Program-made: the position numbers and the translations under genes
Shown: positions 23,880 through 37,704 of the stretch, piece after piece
Layout of the letters: every line of letters starts with the position of its first letter
Numbering within the stretch: the stretch's first letter is position 1
NCBI RefSeq assembly: GCF_963921235.1
Contig: NC_086097.1
Span: 46,936,001-47,000,000 of the forward strand
Source: Mobula hypostoma
Lineage: Eukaryota
Length of the DNA: 64,000 nucleotides
Reading direction: 5' to 3'
Notes under the pieces: model-generated
Told to the model about the DNA's origin: nothing
Seen by the model: the letters and a program-made list of their open reading frames with translations, nothing else
Database searches by the model: none

Positions 23880-26005
23880 TGATGAAGTATTCGAAAAGCA
23901 GGATGCCAACTGTGACTGACAAGGAAAGTCAAAGAGCTAGTGGGAGGTTAGAGGAATTGGGAAGCTTTCAGAAAGCAATATAAAAGCAATAATCAGAGAA
24001 AAGATTAACTATGAAGGTAACCATAGTTCTTTGAGGCTGTGAAGGAATTAGTATTGATCTTCAAGAATCACCAGTTTCTGGAATGGTTCCAGAGGACTGA
24101 AAAATTGCAGATGCCTCTCCACTCTTCATGGAGGGACCTGAAGAAAGGTAATTATAGGCCATTTACCTTGACAAGGCATTGGGAAGATGTTGGAGTCCAT
24201 TACTGAGGATGAGATTTTGGGGTACTTGGGGGCACATGATAAAGTGGGCCAAAGTCAGCATGGTTTCTTTAAGGGGGGATCGTTCCTCACAAATCTGTTA
24301 GCATTCTTTGAGGAAGTAACAGGCAGAATAAACAAAGGAGAATCAGTGGATATGCCGTCTGGCTGGCTGAGTTCCTCCAGCATTTTGTGTGTGCTGCTTG
24401 GATGCTTCCTTGGATTTTCATTAGGCCTTTGAAAATGTGTTGCCCATGAGGCTGTTTAACAAAATAACAGCCCATGGTATTTAGAAAAGAATCTAGCATG
24501 GATCGAAGATTGGCTGACTGACAGGAAGCAAAACATGGGAATAAAAGCAGTCTATTCTGGTTGGCTGCCAGTGACTAATGGTGTCTGCAGGAGATGGTTT
24601 TGGGACTGCTTTTCACATTATATGTCAATGATTTGGATGACAAAACTGATGGCTTTGAGGCCAACTTTACAGATGATACAATGATAGATGGAGGGGCAGA
24701 TAGTGACAGCATGTAGGGAGTCTTCAGAAGGGCTTAGATTGGGATAATCAACAAGAAAGTGGAAGATGTGGGGGATTGCAATTTGGTAGAAGGAATAAAG
24801 GCATGGACTATTTTCTAAATGGAGAAAATTCAAAAATCAGAGGTGCAAAGAGACTTAGGAATTCTGTGTAAGGTTCCCTAAATTCCCTGAAGGTGGAATC
24901 CCATGTGGATAGGGTGGGGAAGAAAGCTTTTGGTAGGTATGCTGGCCTTTATTAATCAGAGCATTGAGTATAGGAGTTGGGATGTACTGTTGAAATTGTA
25001 TAAGGCATTGGTAAGGCCAAATTTGGAGTATTGTGTACAGTTCTGGTCACTGAATTATAGGAAAGATGTCAATAAAATTGAGAGTACAGAGGCGGTTTAC
25101 TAAAATGTTGCCTGGGTTTCATCTCCTTAGTTACAGAGAAAGGTTGAACAAGTTAGGTCTTTATTCTTTGGAGTGTAGAAGATTGAGGGCGGACTTGATA
25201 GAGGTGTTTAAAATTATGAGGGGGATTGATAGAATTCACATGGATAGGCTTTTTCCATTGAGAGTGGGGAAGATTCAAACAAGAAGACATGAGTTGAGAG
25301 TTAAAGGACAAAAGTTTAGGGGTAACATGAGGGGGGAACTTCTTTACTCAGAGTGTGGAACGAGCTTCCAGCAGAAGTGGTTGAGGGAGGTTCGATGTTG
25401 TCGTTTAAAGTTAAATTGGATAGATATATGGACAGGAAAGGAATGGAGGGTTGTGGGCTGAGTGCAGGTCCGTGGGACTAGGTGAGAGTAAGAGTTCGGC
25501 ACAGACTAGAAGGGCTGAGATGGCCGGTTTCCATGCTGTAAATTGTTATATGGTTATACGGTTTAAATGTTAACTTGCAGGTTGAGTCGGTGGTAAGGAA
25601 AGCAAATGCAATGTCAGCATTCATTTCAAGAGCTTTATTTTGGGCCACATCTAAGAAAGGGTGTGCTGTCATTGGATAAGGCAGGGAGGAAGAATTTGCA
25701 AGAATTATTCTGGGAATGAAATGGTTAAAGTATGAGGAGTGTTTGATGGCTCTGGAGTGGAGTTTAGAAGAATGAGAGGATATCTCATTAAAACTTTTTG
25801 AATATTGTAAGGTCTGGATAGAGAGGATGTTGAGAAGCTGTTTCTTATAGTGGGTAAGTCTAGGACCAGAGGGCACAACTTCAGAATAGAGGGATTTCCA
25901 TTTAGAACAGAGATGAGGAGGACTTTTTTTAGCCAGTGTGCGGTGAATCTGTGGAATTCATTGCCACAGATGGCTGTTGAAGCCAAGTCATTGAGTGTTG
26001 TGTTC
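23880..26005 (+). mobile_element. CR1 LINE with a younger CR1 nested at about 24890-25563 and a Penelope scrap at about 24353-24403
   Basis: SQHGFFKGGSFLTNLLAFFEEV and LYKALVRPNLEYCVQFWS; inner tail (TATGGTTA)n. Confidence 0.9.
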
Positions 26006-26007
26006 AT

Positions 26008-29000
26008 TACTGAGGGATAGTGCAGAGCACATCACAATGCCAGAATGCAGTATACTCACTGAACCTTATTGATGATTCTGCTTGTATAGTATGTGAACTC
26101 CTCCCATGTGGGAATGGCTAACTGAGTGGCAAAGGAATAACACTATTTACTACTACATCTCCCCTTCTTGAAAACAAGAGAAAAACTAGATATGTACATC
26201 TTGTCTATAGAACTATATTGAAATTATGGTCACTGAAGTTGAGCGAACCAGTTTACTTTAACCATGGCACGTTATGTGTGCTCCTTCAAGCCAAGTTTAT
26301 TGTCATTTAACTATATACATTTATACTGTCAAATGAAACACTGTTTCTCCAGACCAGGGTGTAAAGCACAGTAGTATGCATAACACACATGTAACAAATG
26401 TATAAAAGAATTACCAACATTATAACTGTCTTTCTCCTTGTTTTCCCCCTTTTTTCACCAATACTTTTTTTTAAAAGAATGGTCTTATTTGAGCAATGTT
26501 TTCAACATGATAACTCTTTTGGAAAGTGCATAGTTCTGCACTTTGGCAGAAGAAATAAATGGGCAGACTATTACTTAAATGGGGAGAGAATTCAAAGTTC
26601 TGAGATGCAACGGGACTTGGGAGTTCTCGTGCAGGATACCCTTAAGGTTAACCTCCAGGTTGAGTCGGTGGTGAAGAAGGCGAATGCAATGTTGGCATTC
26701 ATTTCTAGAGGAATAGAGTATAGAAGCAGGGATGTGATGTTGAGGCTCTATAAGGCGCTGGTAAGACCTCACTTGGAGTACTGTGGGCAGTTTTGGTCTC
26801 CTTATTTAAGAAAGGATATGCTGACGTTGGAGAGGGTACGGAGAAGATTCACTAGAATGATTCCGGGAATGAGAGGAGTAACATAAATGAGGGACACCTC
26901 ATAGAAACATTTCAAATGTTGAAAGGCATAGACAGAGTGGATGTGGCAAAGTTATTTCCCATGATGGGGGAGTCTAGTACGAGAGGGCATGACTTAAAGA
27001 TTGAAGGGCATCCATTCAGAGCAGAGATGTGAAGAAATTTTTTTAGCCAGAGGGTGGTGAATCTATGGAATTTGTTGCCACGGGTGGTAGTGGAGGCCAA
27101 GTCATTAGTTGTATTTAAGGCAGAGATTGATAGGTATCTGAGTAGCCAGGGCATCAAAGGTTATGGTGAGAAGGCAGTGGAGTGGGACTAAATGGGAGAA
27201 TGGATCAACTCATGATAAAATGGTGGAGCAGACTCAATGGGCCGAATGGCCGACTTCTGCTCCTTTGTCTTATGGTCTCATGGTCTTATGGTCTTTTTGA
27301 AAACCACTAAATCCTAATGGAGGTCAGGATAGACTACCTGAACACTCTGGCAAAGTGAGAGGATTATTCTGCCTCTTCAGTCACTTGCCCTAAGCTATTA
27401 AACTGTGGAATCTCTGTGGTGGGACAAATAAATGACCCGATCTGGTGTAGGTTTCTGAAAGTGTTGGAGCAGATGAAGATTCTTGCACATGTGCAGTCAT
27501 TTCAATAGGTGATCATGAGGATCAAGCCACTCGTTTTTTCTCGACATTTCGTGGACTTTGAAGGCACACAAGCACATGTTTGTTATGCCTGATTTCCCCT
27601 TACGGTGTTCTGATCACAAAGGATCATGGTGCCAGTCTATTGTTCCTTTGGTGAATTGGTCTGAAACACAAACAGCTTTGCTGCTCCTGAGCGGTGACAA
27701 AGATTTTGTTCTGTATCTGAGATCAAGCATGTTCATTTTCTCACGCGTTGGCGTCTCAAAATTTCTCTCTTTGTCCAATAAGTGAGGTTGGAGAAGGAAC
27801 GGAAGAACAGGAAGGCTTGTTCTCTGTCTCTGGCCCATTGACAGCTCTGATGGACTGTAGCCATTTGCAAGAGGTGTGGGGTGTTAAGCTAGCAGTACTT
27901 TGTAGGGGACTTTTGCCTTCCATAGGAATCTCTTAACAATTTACACTGCTCTTTCTGCTTCTCAATCTGCTTGGGGATTCTTTGGATTGCTTGTCTGGTG
28001 TTTGAACTCATAGTCAGCAGCAAAGGCTTTGAATTCTGAGCAGCTGAATCAGGGACAGTTGTCTGACACAAGCGCCCCTGATATTCTCTGATGAATGAAT
28101 ACAGCTTTCGGACGCTGTATAACTGCTGCTGAGGAAGTAGAAGACACCTTGGCACTTCAATATTCGATGGGTAGTAATCCACAGTGGGAAGATGTTTGTC
28201 TCTTTTCAGAAAATGTCTGTGCCTACACTTTGACATGGAAAGTCTGGGAATTCTGTGGGGCAGAGAGGTTCAGCATGATTTTTGTGCAGTTTTCTGAATG
28301 CTTCACATTGCTTTTCATAATCTCCCAGCTGTGTGCTCAGACCAGGCCAGAACATAGATAGCCTTGCTCTTAGGCAACATTTTTCAATGCTTTGATGTCC
28401 TTGGTGGATTTGACGGATAATTTTGGCATGCTTGGAAGCAGGAACGATGAGTCTGGAGACCTTTAGCAGCAAACCATCAAGAATGGTGAATGTGTCTGTT
28501 TTGTTCGGATCAAAGAACATCAATATTGGCAGAGAGATAAGCTCTGCTTTAAATGATGAGAATGACTTCTCCTATGGTGCGCCCCAGGTCCAAATTTTTC
28601 TCTGAGAGAGGAGGTCGTGTAGTGGTTTTGTTCTCTCTCCAAATCAAGAATGAACTTCACCACAGGTTTACCACACCAAGGACTGCAGATACATTCGTAG
28701 GTTGTTCCATGTTCCCAATTCCTACCAGTTTGTCTGAATCTGGTTGCACTCCCCCTTAGGACACTTGATGGCTTAAGGACTTCACCTCATACTTTTCAAA
28801 TTTGCATTTCTTTTTGTTCAGGGTAATTCCAGCCCGTTCCAGTTTCTCCAAGGCAACTTCCACTCTTGTCATTTTCCTCACTTGAGCCTCCAAAGATGAG
28901 TATATCGTCCATTGGCAGACTACTCCTTTCAATCCCTCCAAAATTTGGTTCATCCTCATCTGAAAGAGTGCAGGGGCTGATGAGATGTCAAAAGGGAGTC

Positions 29001-29620
29001 TCCTGAAGGCATAACATCCGTATAGTGTGATAAGGGTTGTGAGCTTCTGTGACTCAGGAGCTAAATGGATCTGCCAGAACCCTGAGTTTGCATCTAGTTT
29101 GGTGAAGAACTTTGCTCTACCAGCATACTATAAACAATGTGTGCTCAACAGAGGGCAGAATAAACTTCTCCTGTCTCACTGCATTATTCAATTTTGTTAG
29201 ATCAACACAGATCCTCACTATGCCATCTAGGTTGGGAACAGTAACAATGTCCACACACCGATCAGTAGGTCCTTTCATTTTAGTTATGATGTCAAGCCCC
29301 TCCATCCTCTCAAGTTCAGCTTGACTTTGCTCATCAAGGGGACTGGTATACTCCTCACTGTGGTCAGAGAGTAGGGTGTCAGTCCTAGCCTCAGTCTGTG
29401 GTACTCTGCTTTTAGTACAGCCAGGATGGTTGTGAAGAAAAAGCATTTCAGGATTGTTATTGTATACATTTCTCTGACATCAAATGTACCTTTTAAACCT
29501 TGGCCAGATACTTCTCCTGTCACTGAACATTATTTAGCAAATCCAACCTTGCAATGAGGTTCAGCTTCTGTATGGCATGTCATCCCAGTAGTGGTGAAAA
29601 GAGATTCTGAACAACATAAA
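26008..29620 (-). mobile_element. Gypsy LTR retrotransposon remnant (RT, integrase, PPT, partial 3' LTR)
   Basis: RICVDLTKLN, KLDANSGFWQI, RLPFDISSAP, IHQGHQSIEKC...ARLSMFWPGL and PCQSVGTDIF. PPT AAGAAGGGGAGA (26158-26169) abuts the LTR start TGTA at 26157. Confidence 0.88.
26522..27295 (+). mobile_element. CR1 LINE 3' fragment inside the Gypsy element
   Basis: RDLGVLVQDTLKV...LYKALVRPHLEYC; tail (TATGGTCT)n. Confidence 0.93.
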
Positions 29621-29867
29621 CTAACAAAGAAATTTGTGTGTAAGGCTGTTGGACACCTGAGGTTACCCTTGGCATTAATTGCTTCATTTTTAAGTATTAT
29701 TTTACTTCCTTCTATATTTTGTTAAGAATTATTTGTTTCCTTCTGTATTTTATTATTGATATAACTGATAAAGTGGTCCCTGTAACCTTTAACCCATGTG
29801 CAGTACTTCTTAGTTTGCAGATACATATTGCTGCTGAATCAAGAAAGAACAAGGTATGAACTTTAAA

Positions 29868-29995
29868 AGCAACACACAAAAAATGAACAAACTGTTGATA
29901 TTTTGGGACAAGACCCTTCATCAGGACTGGAAAGGCAGGGGGAAGATGTCAGAATAAAAAAAAGAAGCAGGGGAAGGAGGACTAGCTAGAAGCTG
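29868..29995 (-). mobile_element. Penelope-like fragment with decayed hammerhead motif
   Basis: Minus strand reads CAGTC-CTGATGA-A-GGGTCTTGTCCC-AAAA-TATC-AACAG (29892-29929). Confidence 0.7.
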
Positions 29996-30020
29996 AATTT
30001 AAATTTATTTGTTACCAAAT

Positions 30021-30040
30021 TGGTATAGCTGGCAGGATTC
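30021..30040 (+). promoter_or_regulatory. Retroviral primer-binding site, tRNA-Ser-like
   Basis: TACCA-AAT-TGGTATAGCTGGCAGGATTC. Matches TGGCGTAGTCGGCAGGATTC (complement of the tRNA-Ser 3' end, from memory) at 16/20, with mismatches at or next to CpGs. Confidence 0.7.
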
Positions 30041-30644
30041 TGCAGAGTGTTCTGCAAACAACAGGACAGAGGAGACTCCCTGGAGGGACAGAGTTTTGGG
30101 TACTGGGGTGTATGGACAACACCTATTGTTTTGGAGAACTGACCATCATATTGTCCGTGTGTTGCCCTCTCATGCATTGGAGTAGTGAGATGGAAAGTAG
30201 TAGCGGTGACATCCTGGTATGGATGTGTGAAATGAGATAGGGTTTCCAATTTAGGAGGAGAGTAAGCTTGCAATGGAAAATGACATATGGCGTGTATCAG
30301 GCAGCAGGGCAATGAGTGGCCACCCTCACTGAGAAATTGGTTACCCTTGAAGGCAGAATGTCACCTTAACTGAATTGGCTAAGTCAGTCCCCGAACCAGC
30401 CAACAAAGCCAAAACTCAGCAAATCACAGTCCTATTGGTTTAAGAAATGTAATAGAACACTACATAGCATGAATGTAAGAATGAAAGGTGTTGCATGGTT
30501 TATTCTTGTAAATAGCTTTTATTATGAATAATGTTTATATGAATTATATGAATTTTATTATGAATAATGTCTGTTCACCTACACCGGTATTATAAGGTTT
30601 ATATGAATTATATGAATTTTATTATGAATAATGTTTGTTCACCC

Positions 30645-31841
30645 ACACCGGACTCCCTACAATTCACCTACCAACACCGATCAACAGCTCTTCACACTGT
30701 CCTTACACACCCGGAGAAGAGGAATGTTTATGTGACAACGCTGTTCTTGGACTACAGTTCAGTATTCAACACCATAATGCCCTCCAGGCTTGACAGGAAG
30801 CTCAGAGACATCAGCCTTCACCCTGCCTTGTGTAGCTGGATCCTGGCCTTTCTGTCAGATCACAGGCAGTTGGTAAGAGTGGGCTCCCTCACCTCTGCCC
30901 CTCTGGCCCTCAACACAGTGCCCCTCAGTGTTGTGTCCTAAGCCCCCTCCTTTACTCTCTGTATACCCATGACTCCGTCACCACTCACAGCTCCAATCTG
31001 CTAATTAAAGTTGCTGACAACGCTACACTGATTGGCCTAATCTCAAATAATAAGGCAGCCCACAGAGCAGAAGTCATCACTCTGACACAGTGAATTCAAG
31101 AAAACAACTTCTCCCTCAATGTCACAAAAATGAAGGAGCTGGTTGTGGACTACAGGAGGAATGGAGACAGGCTATTGACGTCAATAGATCTGGGGTTGAG
31201 AGGGTGAACAGCTTTAAGTTCCTCAGCATACACATCACAGAGGATCTCACGAAGTCTGTACATACCGGCTGTATGGTGAAAAAAGGTATGACAGCGCCTC
31301 TTTCACTTCGGACGGTTGAAGAAGTTTGGGATGGGCCCCCAAATCCTAAGAACTTCCTACAGGGGCACAACTGAGAGCATCCTGACTGGCTGCATCACTT
31401 CCTAGTATGGGAACTGTACTTCCCTCAATCGCAGGACTCTGCAGAGAGTGGTGCGGACAGCCCAGCGCATCCATAGATGTGAACTTCCCACTATTCAGGA
31501 CATTTACAAAGACAGGTGTGTAAAAAGGGCCTGTAGGATCATTAGGGACCTGAGTCATCCCAACCACAAACTGTTCCAGCTGCTACCATCTGGGAAATGG
31601 TACCACAGCATAGAAGCCAGGACCAACAGGCTCCAGGATAGCTTCTTCCACCAGGCCATCAGACTGATTAATTCATGCTGATACAATTGTATTTCTATGT
31701 TATATTGTCTTTCCTGTTGCACATACTAGTTATTATAAATTACTATAAATTGCACATTGAACATTTAGACAGAGACGTAACGTAAAGACTTTTACTCCTC
31801 ATGTAAATGAAGGATGTAAGAAATAAAGTCAATTCAATTCA
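30645..31841 (+). mobile_element. Rex1/Babar-type LINE, 5'-truncated
   Basis: LFLDYSSVFNTI, LCSWILAFLSDHRQLVRVG, KVADN and NSFKFLSIHITEDL; tail AATAAAGT(CAATT)n. Confidence 0.9.
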
Positions 31842-33335
31842 AAAACGCAACCTAGCATGCAAACTGTTTAAAGCACGCCAGGAAGATTGGGCAAAGCCAA
31901 AGGATCTGGATCCTGATCCCATCAGAATAAGGACATTAATGGACAAGGGTTGGGACCCCAACAGCTGGAATGCCAGTATATATGACTCCAACACTCGACA
32001 TGGTGACTGTCCTGAGGCTCTCTCACCGAGGTGTGAGTGGGTTTTACATATGAGAACCTGATAGTACAGTGCCGTCCGGTTATTGTCCATAGCCCTAAGA
32101 CTACCACAGCCCCAGGAGGCGAGCATAGGACAGAAGAGGAAGGTGTGACAAGGGTGTTGAAGACTACAGAAAAGAGGGGCATGCGGGATAAATATGCGCA
32201 AGACTGGCGATTATCTTGCCTTATGGTTAATTTGATTGTGGGATATGGTGCCTCACGAGACCAATGACTTGCTCCTTCCGTCTCCACAAAGTGATAATAT
32301 TAACCAGAGTTGACACAAGAACCAAGAACCTTCGGACTTGTTAGCGCAAGTCCAATGCGAGATATTTAAGGTTTATCGCTGCGGGTGATAGAACGGCGGG
32401 CACCTTTGCACACCATAGACCAGGGAATTATTACGCTTTGATCTGTAGTTTCGCACAGAAACATAGAAAAACCTATAGCATAATACAGGCCCTTTGGCCC
32501 ACAAAGTTGTGCCGAACATGTCCCTACGTTAGAAATTACTAGACTTCCCCATAGCCCTTTATTTTTCTAAGCTCTATGTACCTATCCAAAAGTCTCTTAA
32601 AAGACCCTATCATATCCGCCTCTACCACCATCGCCGGCAGCCCATTCCACACACTCACCACTCTCTGCATAAAAAACTTACCCCTGACATCTCCTCTGTA
32701 CCTACTCCCTAGCACCTTAAACCTGTGCCCTCTTGTGCTAGCCATTTCAGCCCTGGGAAAAAGCCTCTGACTATCCACACAATCAATGCCTCTCATTATC
32801 TTGTACACCTCTATCAGGTCACCTCTCATCCTCCATCACTCCAAGGAGAAAAGGCCGAGTTCACTCAACCTGTTCTCATAAGGCATGCTGCCCAATCCAG
32901 GCAACGTCCTTGTAAATCTCCTCTGCACCCTTTCTCTGGTTTCCGCATCCAGGGATTTAATCCAGTTTGGGGTGGAACGTTCCAGGTGATGAGATATTGA
33001 ATCAGGGACACGTAAGCAGCTTAGTTCAACACAACTAAAGGGAGTCCTGTTGGCTCTCTTGGCATCGCAAGTGGAGCAACCCTTAAAGGCGGTACTTGGA
33101 GGAAAATCAGAGGAACTGAGGGAAAGCAAAAGTTAGGGCTTTGAGGTCAAAGGGAGTAAAAATAATTCACAGAGAAATGTTTCTGGCTGCAATGACGGCA
33201 GGAGTGGAAAGTTAAGGACCTTATTTTCACGAGAACGACGTATGCCTTATTCAAACATTGTTGTGATAAGAATAAAGTGTGATAATAAGAATGTTGAGCC
33301 TCGGACCCCTCCCATCACCCAGGCTGAAGTTCACA
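31842..33335 (+). pseudogene. ERV-L-like gag remnants (interrupted by CR1 at 32457-32935)
   Basis: IRIRTLMDKGWDPNSWNASIYD and TEEEGVTRVLKTTEKRGMRDKYAQ / TGDYLALWLI*LWDM resemble ERV-L/Fv1 Gag motifs recalled as VKVRALIGKEWDP.TWNGDVWED and PGE...W.LR.WDNG. Confidence 0.7.
32457..32935 (-). mobile_element. CR1 LINE 3' fragment
   Basis: MRGDLIEVYKIMRGID...FFMQRVVSVWNGLP; same subfamily as the copies at 20012 and 45051. Confidence 0.93.
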
Positions 33336-33397
33336 GCAGCTTCGTGGTTAACATGAGACTATTATAGCTCGGCGGTGGGAATTCAATTCCGATGTCA

Positions 33398-36300
33398 TAG
33401 AGCCATAATAAAGTATAGCATAGAGGCCCTTCGTCCCACCTAGTCTGTGCTGAACCATTTCAACTGCCTATTCCCAACGACCTGCACCACGACTATAGCC
33501 CTCCATACCCCTACTAACCATGTACCTACTCACACTTCTCTTAAACGTTGAAATTGAGTTTGCCCCTACACCTGTGCTGGCAGCTCGTTCCACACTCTCA
33601 CGATCATCTGAGGGAAGAAGTTTCCCTCTCTTTTCTCCTTTCACACTTAACACATCATCTCTAGATGTAGTCCCACCCAACCTCAGTGGAAAAAAAGGCT
33701 GCTTGTATTTACCCTATGTATACCCCTCATAATTTTGTATACCTCCATCAAATCTCCTCCCAATCTTCTACATTCCAAGGAATAAAGTCCTAACCTATTC
33801 AACCTTTCCTTAAACCTCAGGTCCTCCAGTCCTAGCAACATCTTTGTAAAGTTTCTCTGTACTCTATTAAACTGAATTACATCTTTCCTGTAGGTAGGTG
33901 ACCAATACTGCACACAACACTCCAAATTAGGCCTCACCAATGTCTTATACAACTTCAACATAACATCCCATCTCCTGTTCTCAGTACATTGATTTATGAA
34001 GGCCAAAAGCTTTATCCTGTGATGCCACTTCCAATGAATTATGGAACTGTATTCGCAGAACCTTTTTTTCTTCCACACTCCTCAGTAGCCTAGAGTTTAC
34101 TGAGTAAGATCTATCTCGGTTGATCCTATCCAAGTGCAAAACCTCACACTTGTCTGCATTAAGTTTCATCTGCCATTTTTTCCAGCTGGTCCAGTCTGCA
34201 AGCCATGATAGTCTTCCCTGCTGTCCACTACACCCCCAAACTTAGTGTCATCTGCAAATTTTCTGATCCAGTTAACCACATTATCATCCAGATTGTTGAT
34301 ATAGATGACATACAACAATGGACGTAGCATCAATCCCTGTGGCACTCCGTGAGTCACAGGCCTCCAGTCAGAGAGGCAACCATTTACCACCAGTCTCTGG
34401 CTTCTTTCATGGTCCGGTCCGTGAACTCCATATTCCGGTTCACAGCCCAGTCCATAGTTCCTTATCCAGGGTTTCTGGTTTTCCCCAGTTTCTGTTGTAG
34501 GCACGATTCTCGTTTTGGGGCTGAGACATAAATACCGCTGCAAACCAGGGATTCCCTACTGGTTGGTTCTTTTCCCCTCCTTGTCTTTCCCCCCTCGCCT
34601 GACGCTCTGCCTGGATACCTCACCTGACTCTCTGCCTGCTCACCTAGCCTGGATACCCTGCCTGTAATGCTGAAGTTTTACTGCTGGAACAAGACCGGAG
34701 CCTTGTTAGGTCAAGATAAGGAACTGTCTTTCATTGTGTGGAATTGTCTCTCTGTGTCCATGCCTTCGCTAGGTAGGTCTGGCCATTTGCCGCTTCCTAG
34801 TGTTGGGAACTGTCTCTGTGTCCTCGCCTTTGCTAGGTGGGTCTGGCTGTTTGCCGCCACCTAGTGTTGGGATCTGTCTCTTCATGTTCAGTGTTCTGTG
34901 TATGAGTCCCAGCCCTACGTCCTGTTCCCAAGGAGGGGACCCGGCTCTGTGTTATGTGTATGAGTCCCGTCCCTACGTCCTGTTCCCAAGGAGCGGTCCT
35001 GGCTCTGTGTTCCACGCTCCCGTCTCTTCTAGTCCAAGGCTCCATGCTCCCATCTCTTCTAGTCCAAGGCTCCATGCTCCTGAAGGCCCTTGTCCAGTCC
35101 GTGCCTAGTCCAGTCCTATCCGAGTCCTGTCCATGTGTCTTTACCTGTCCTTGTGTCTCGCCTTACCCAGGAGTTCCTCACCCAAGCCATGTCCAGTCCT
35201 GTAGCCTCGTCTTGTCCTCGCCTAGTTCTGGAGTCTGAGCCCGAGTCAAGTCCCAGGTTCTGGGTCCTTGCCCAGTCTCTGGCTAGGAATCCATACCCAA
35301 GCCTCGAAGTACCCTAGACCCAAGACCCAAGACCCCAGACCCCCAGCCCGTCTCCAAGCTCTAGCCTCAGGACCCCCAGCCAGTCTCCAAGCTCTAGCCT
35401 CAAGACCCCAGCCTCCAGTCCTGCAGTCATGTTATGTCTTTGCCTTGTTCTGGGGCCCGAGCCCAAGGCAAGACCCAGGTTCTGGGTCCTTGTCCAGACT
35501 CTGGCTTGGGGTCCAAGCCCAGGTTCCTAGTTCATAGTTCCTTGTCCGGTTTCCCTGTTTCTTGTCCAAGTCCTAACCCAGGTCCTGCATCCTTGTCCTG
35601 TTCCTAGTACTTCAGTGCCTGTGTCTTGCATTTGGGTCCGTTCCCAGCACCACAGTGTGACAGCTTCTCTCTCAAAGCCAATGTCTACTCCAATTTACTA
35701 CTTCATCCTGAACGCTGAGTGACTGAACCTTCTTGATCAGCCTCCCATGCGGGACCTTGTCAAATGCCTTGCTAAAGTCCATGTAAACAACATCCACTGC
35801 CCTGCCTTCATCCATTTTCCTGGTAACTTCCTTGAAAAACTCTAGAAGATTGGAAAGACATGAAGCCATGCTGACTATCCTTAATCAGTCCATGTCTATC
35901 CAAATACTCATATATATGGCCACTTTGAATACCTTCCAGCAACTTTCCCACTACTGATGTCAGGTTCACTGGCCTGTATTTTCCCTGTTTATATTTCGAG
36001 CCTTTATTAAGCAGCAGAACAACATTGCTAAGGATTATTTAAATATCTCTGCTAGGACTCTGGCAATTGTTGCACTTGTCTCCCAAATGGTGTGAAGGAA
36101 TGCCTTGTTAGGCTCTGGGGATTTAACCACCCTAATTTGCCTCAGGACAGCAAACACCTCCTCCTTTGTGATCTGTATAGGGTCCATGAAAATTATGCTG
36201 CTTTGCCTCATTTCTATAGACTTTGTGTCTATCTCCTGAGTAAATACAGATGCAAAAAAAAAATCATTTAAGATCTCCCCATCTCTTTTGGATCCACACA

Positions 36301-37456
36301 TGGGTTACTATTCTGACCTTCCAGAGGATTAGTTTTGTCCCTTACAATCCTTTTGCTCTTAACAATTCTGTAGAATCCCCTAGGATTCTCCTTTCACCTT
36401 GTCTGCTAAGGCAACCTCATGCCTTCTTTTAGCCCTCCTGATTTCTTTCTTCAGTGTTATCTTGTATTTTTTATACCCCATAAGCACCTCATTTGTTCCC
36501 ACCTGCCTATGCCTGCTCTGCACCTCCTTTTTTCACTTAACCAGGGCCTCGATAGGTCTTCAAAATCAAGGTTCCCCGCATTGATTATCTTTACTTTCTA
36601 ATCTGACAAGCTTATACAAGCTTTATACTCTCAAAATTTCACTTTTGACAGCCTGTGTACCTTTACACCCTTGTCAGAAAACAGTCTGTCCTAATCCACA
36701 CTTACCAGGTCCTTTCTGACACCATCAACATTGGCCTTTCTCAATTTAGAATCTCAACCTATGGAGCAGATCTATCTTTTTGCATATTTGCTTTGAAACT
36801 AATGGCATTGTAATCACTAGGTGCAAAGTGTTCCCCTACACAAACTTCTGTAACCTGCACTGTCCCATTCCCTAATAGCAGTTCAAGTATCTCTCATTGG
36901 GACTTCTACATACCGATTAAGTAAACTTTCTTGCAACAGTCTGTGATCTCTCTACCAATTTGTTCCTCTAAATCCCTCAGTGTTGGTTGGTCTGTAATAT
37001 ATCTCCATTAACATGGCCATACCTTCCTTTTTACTCAGTTTCACCCATAAAGCCTCAATTGATGAGTTCTCCAGTCTGTTCTGACTGAGCACTGCCATGA
37101 CATTTTCCCTGACTAGTAATGCCACCTGTCCTCCTTTAGTCCATCCTGCTCTCTCATCTAAAACAACGGAACCCAGAATATTGAGCTGTCAGCCCTGTCC
37201 CTCCTGCAACCAAGTCTCACTAATGGCTACAATATCATTATTCCAGGTGTCGATCCATGCCCTGAGCTCATCGGCCTTTCCTACGATACTTCTTGCATTG
37301 AAATCAATGCAGCTCAGGACATTAGTTGCACCATCCTCAACATTTTGATTCCTGACTTTGTCTGAGGTCTTGACCATACCTTTCTCCACAATATCTTCAC
37401 TATCTGACCTGGTACTCGGGTTCCCATTCTCCTGTAACTATAGTTTAACCCCCCCC

Positions 37457-37489
<33 letters not shown>

Positions 37490-37604
37490 GTGCGGGACAC
37501 ATAAACCTTCCCACTAGGATATTAGTCCCCTTCCAGTTCAGATGTAAACCATCTCTTTTGTACATTTCCCACCTTCCCTGGAAGAGAGGCCAATGATCCA
37601 AAAG
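33398..37604 (-). mobile_element. Long CR1 LINE (end of ORF1 esterase, endonuclease, RT)
   Basis: RDGLHLNWKG; FNARSIVGKADEL...VAISETWL; VDVVYMDFSKAFDKVPH; GVPQG; KFADDTK. Confidence 0.93.
34405..35662 (+). mobile_element. Solo LTR-like element, copy 2
   Basis: TTTCATGG (variant of TGTCATGG)...TGACA with 5-bp TSD GCTTC (34400-34404 and 35663-35667). The CR1 sequence rejoins across it. Confidence 0.88.
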
Positions 37605-37704
37605 TCTGTAAGGAGTATGTACGTCCTCCCCGCGGAATCTAAGGGTTTTCTGCGGGTGCTCCATTTACTTCCAACAGGCCAAAGGCATACCGGTTCCTAG
37701 GTGA

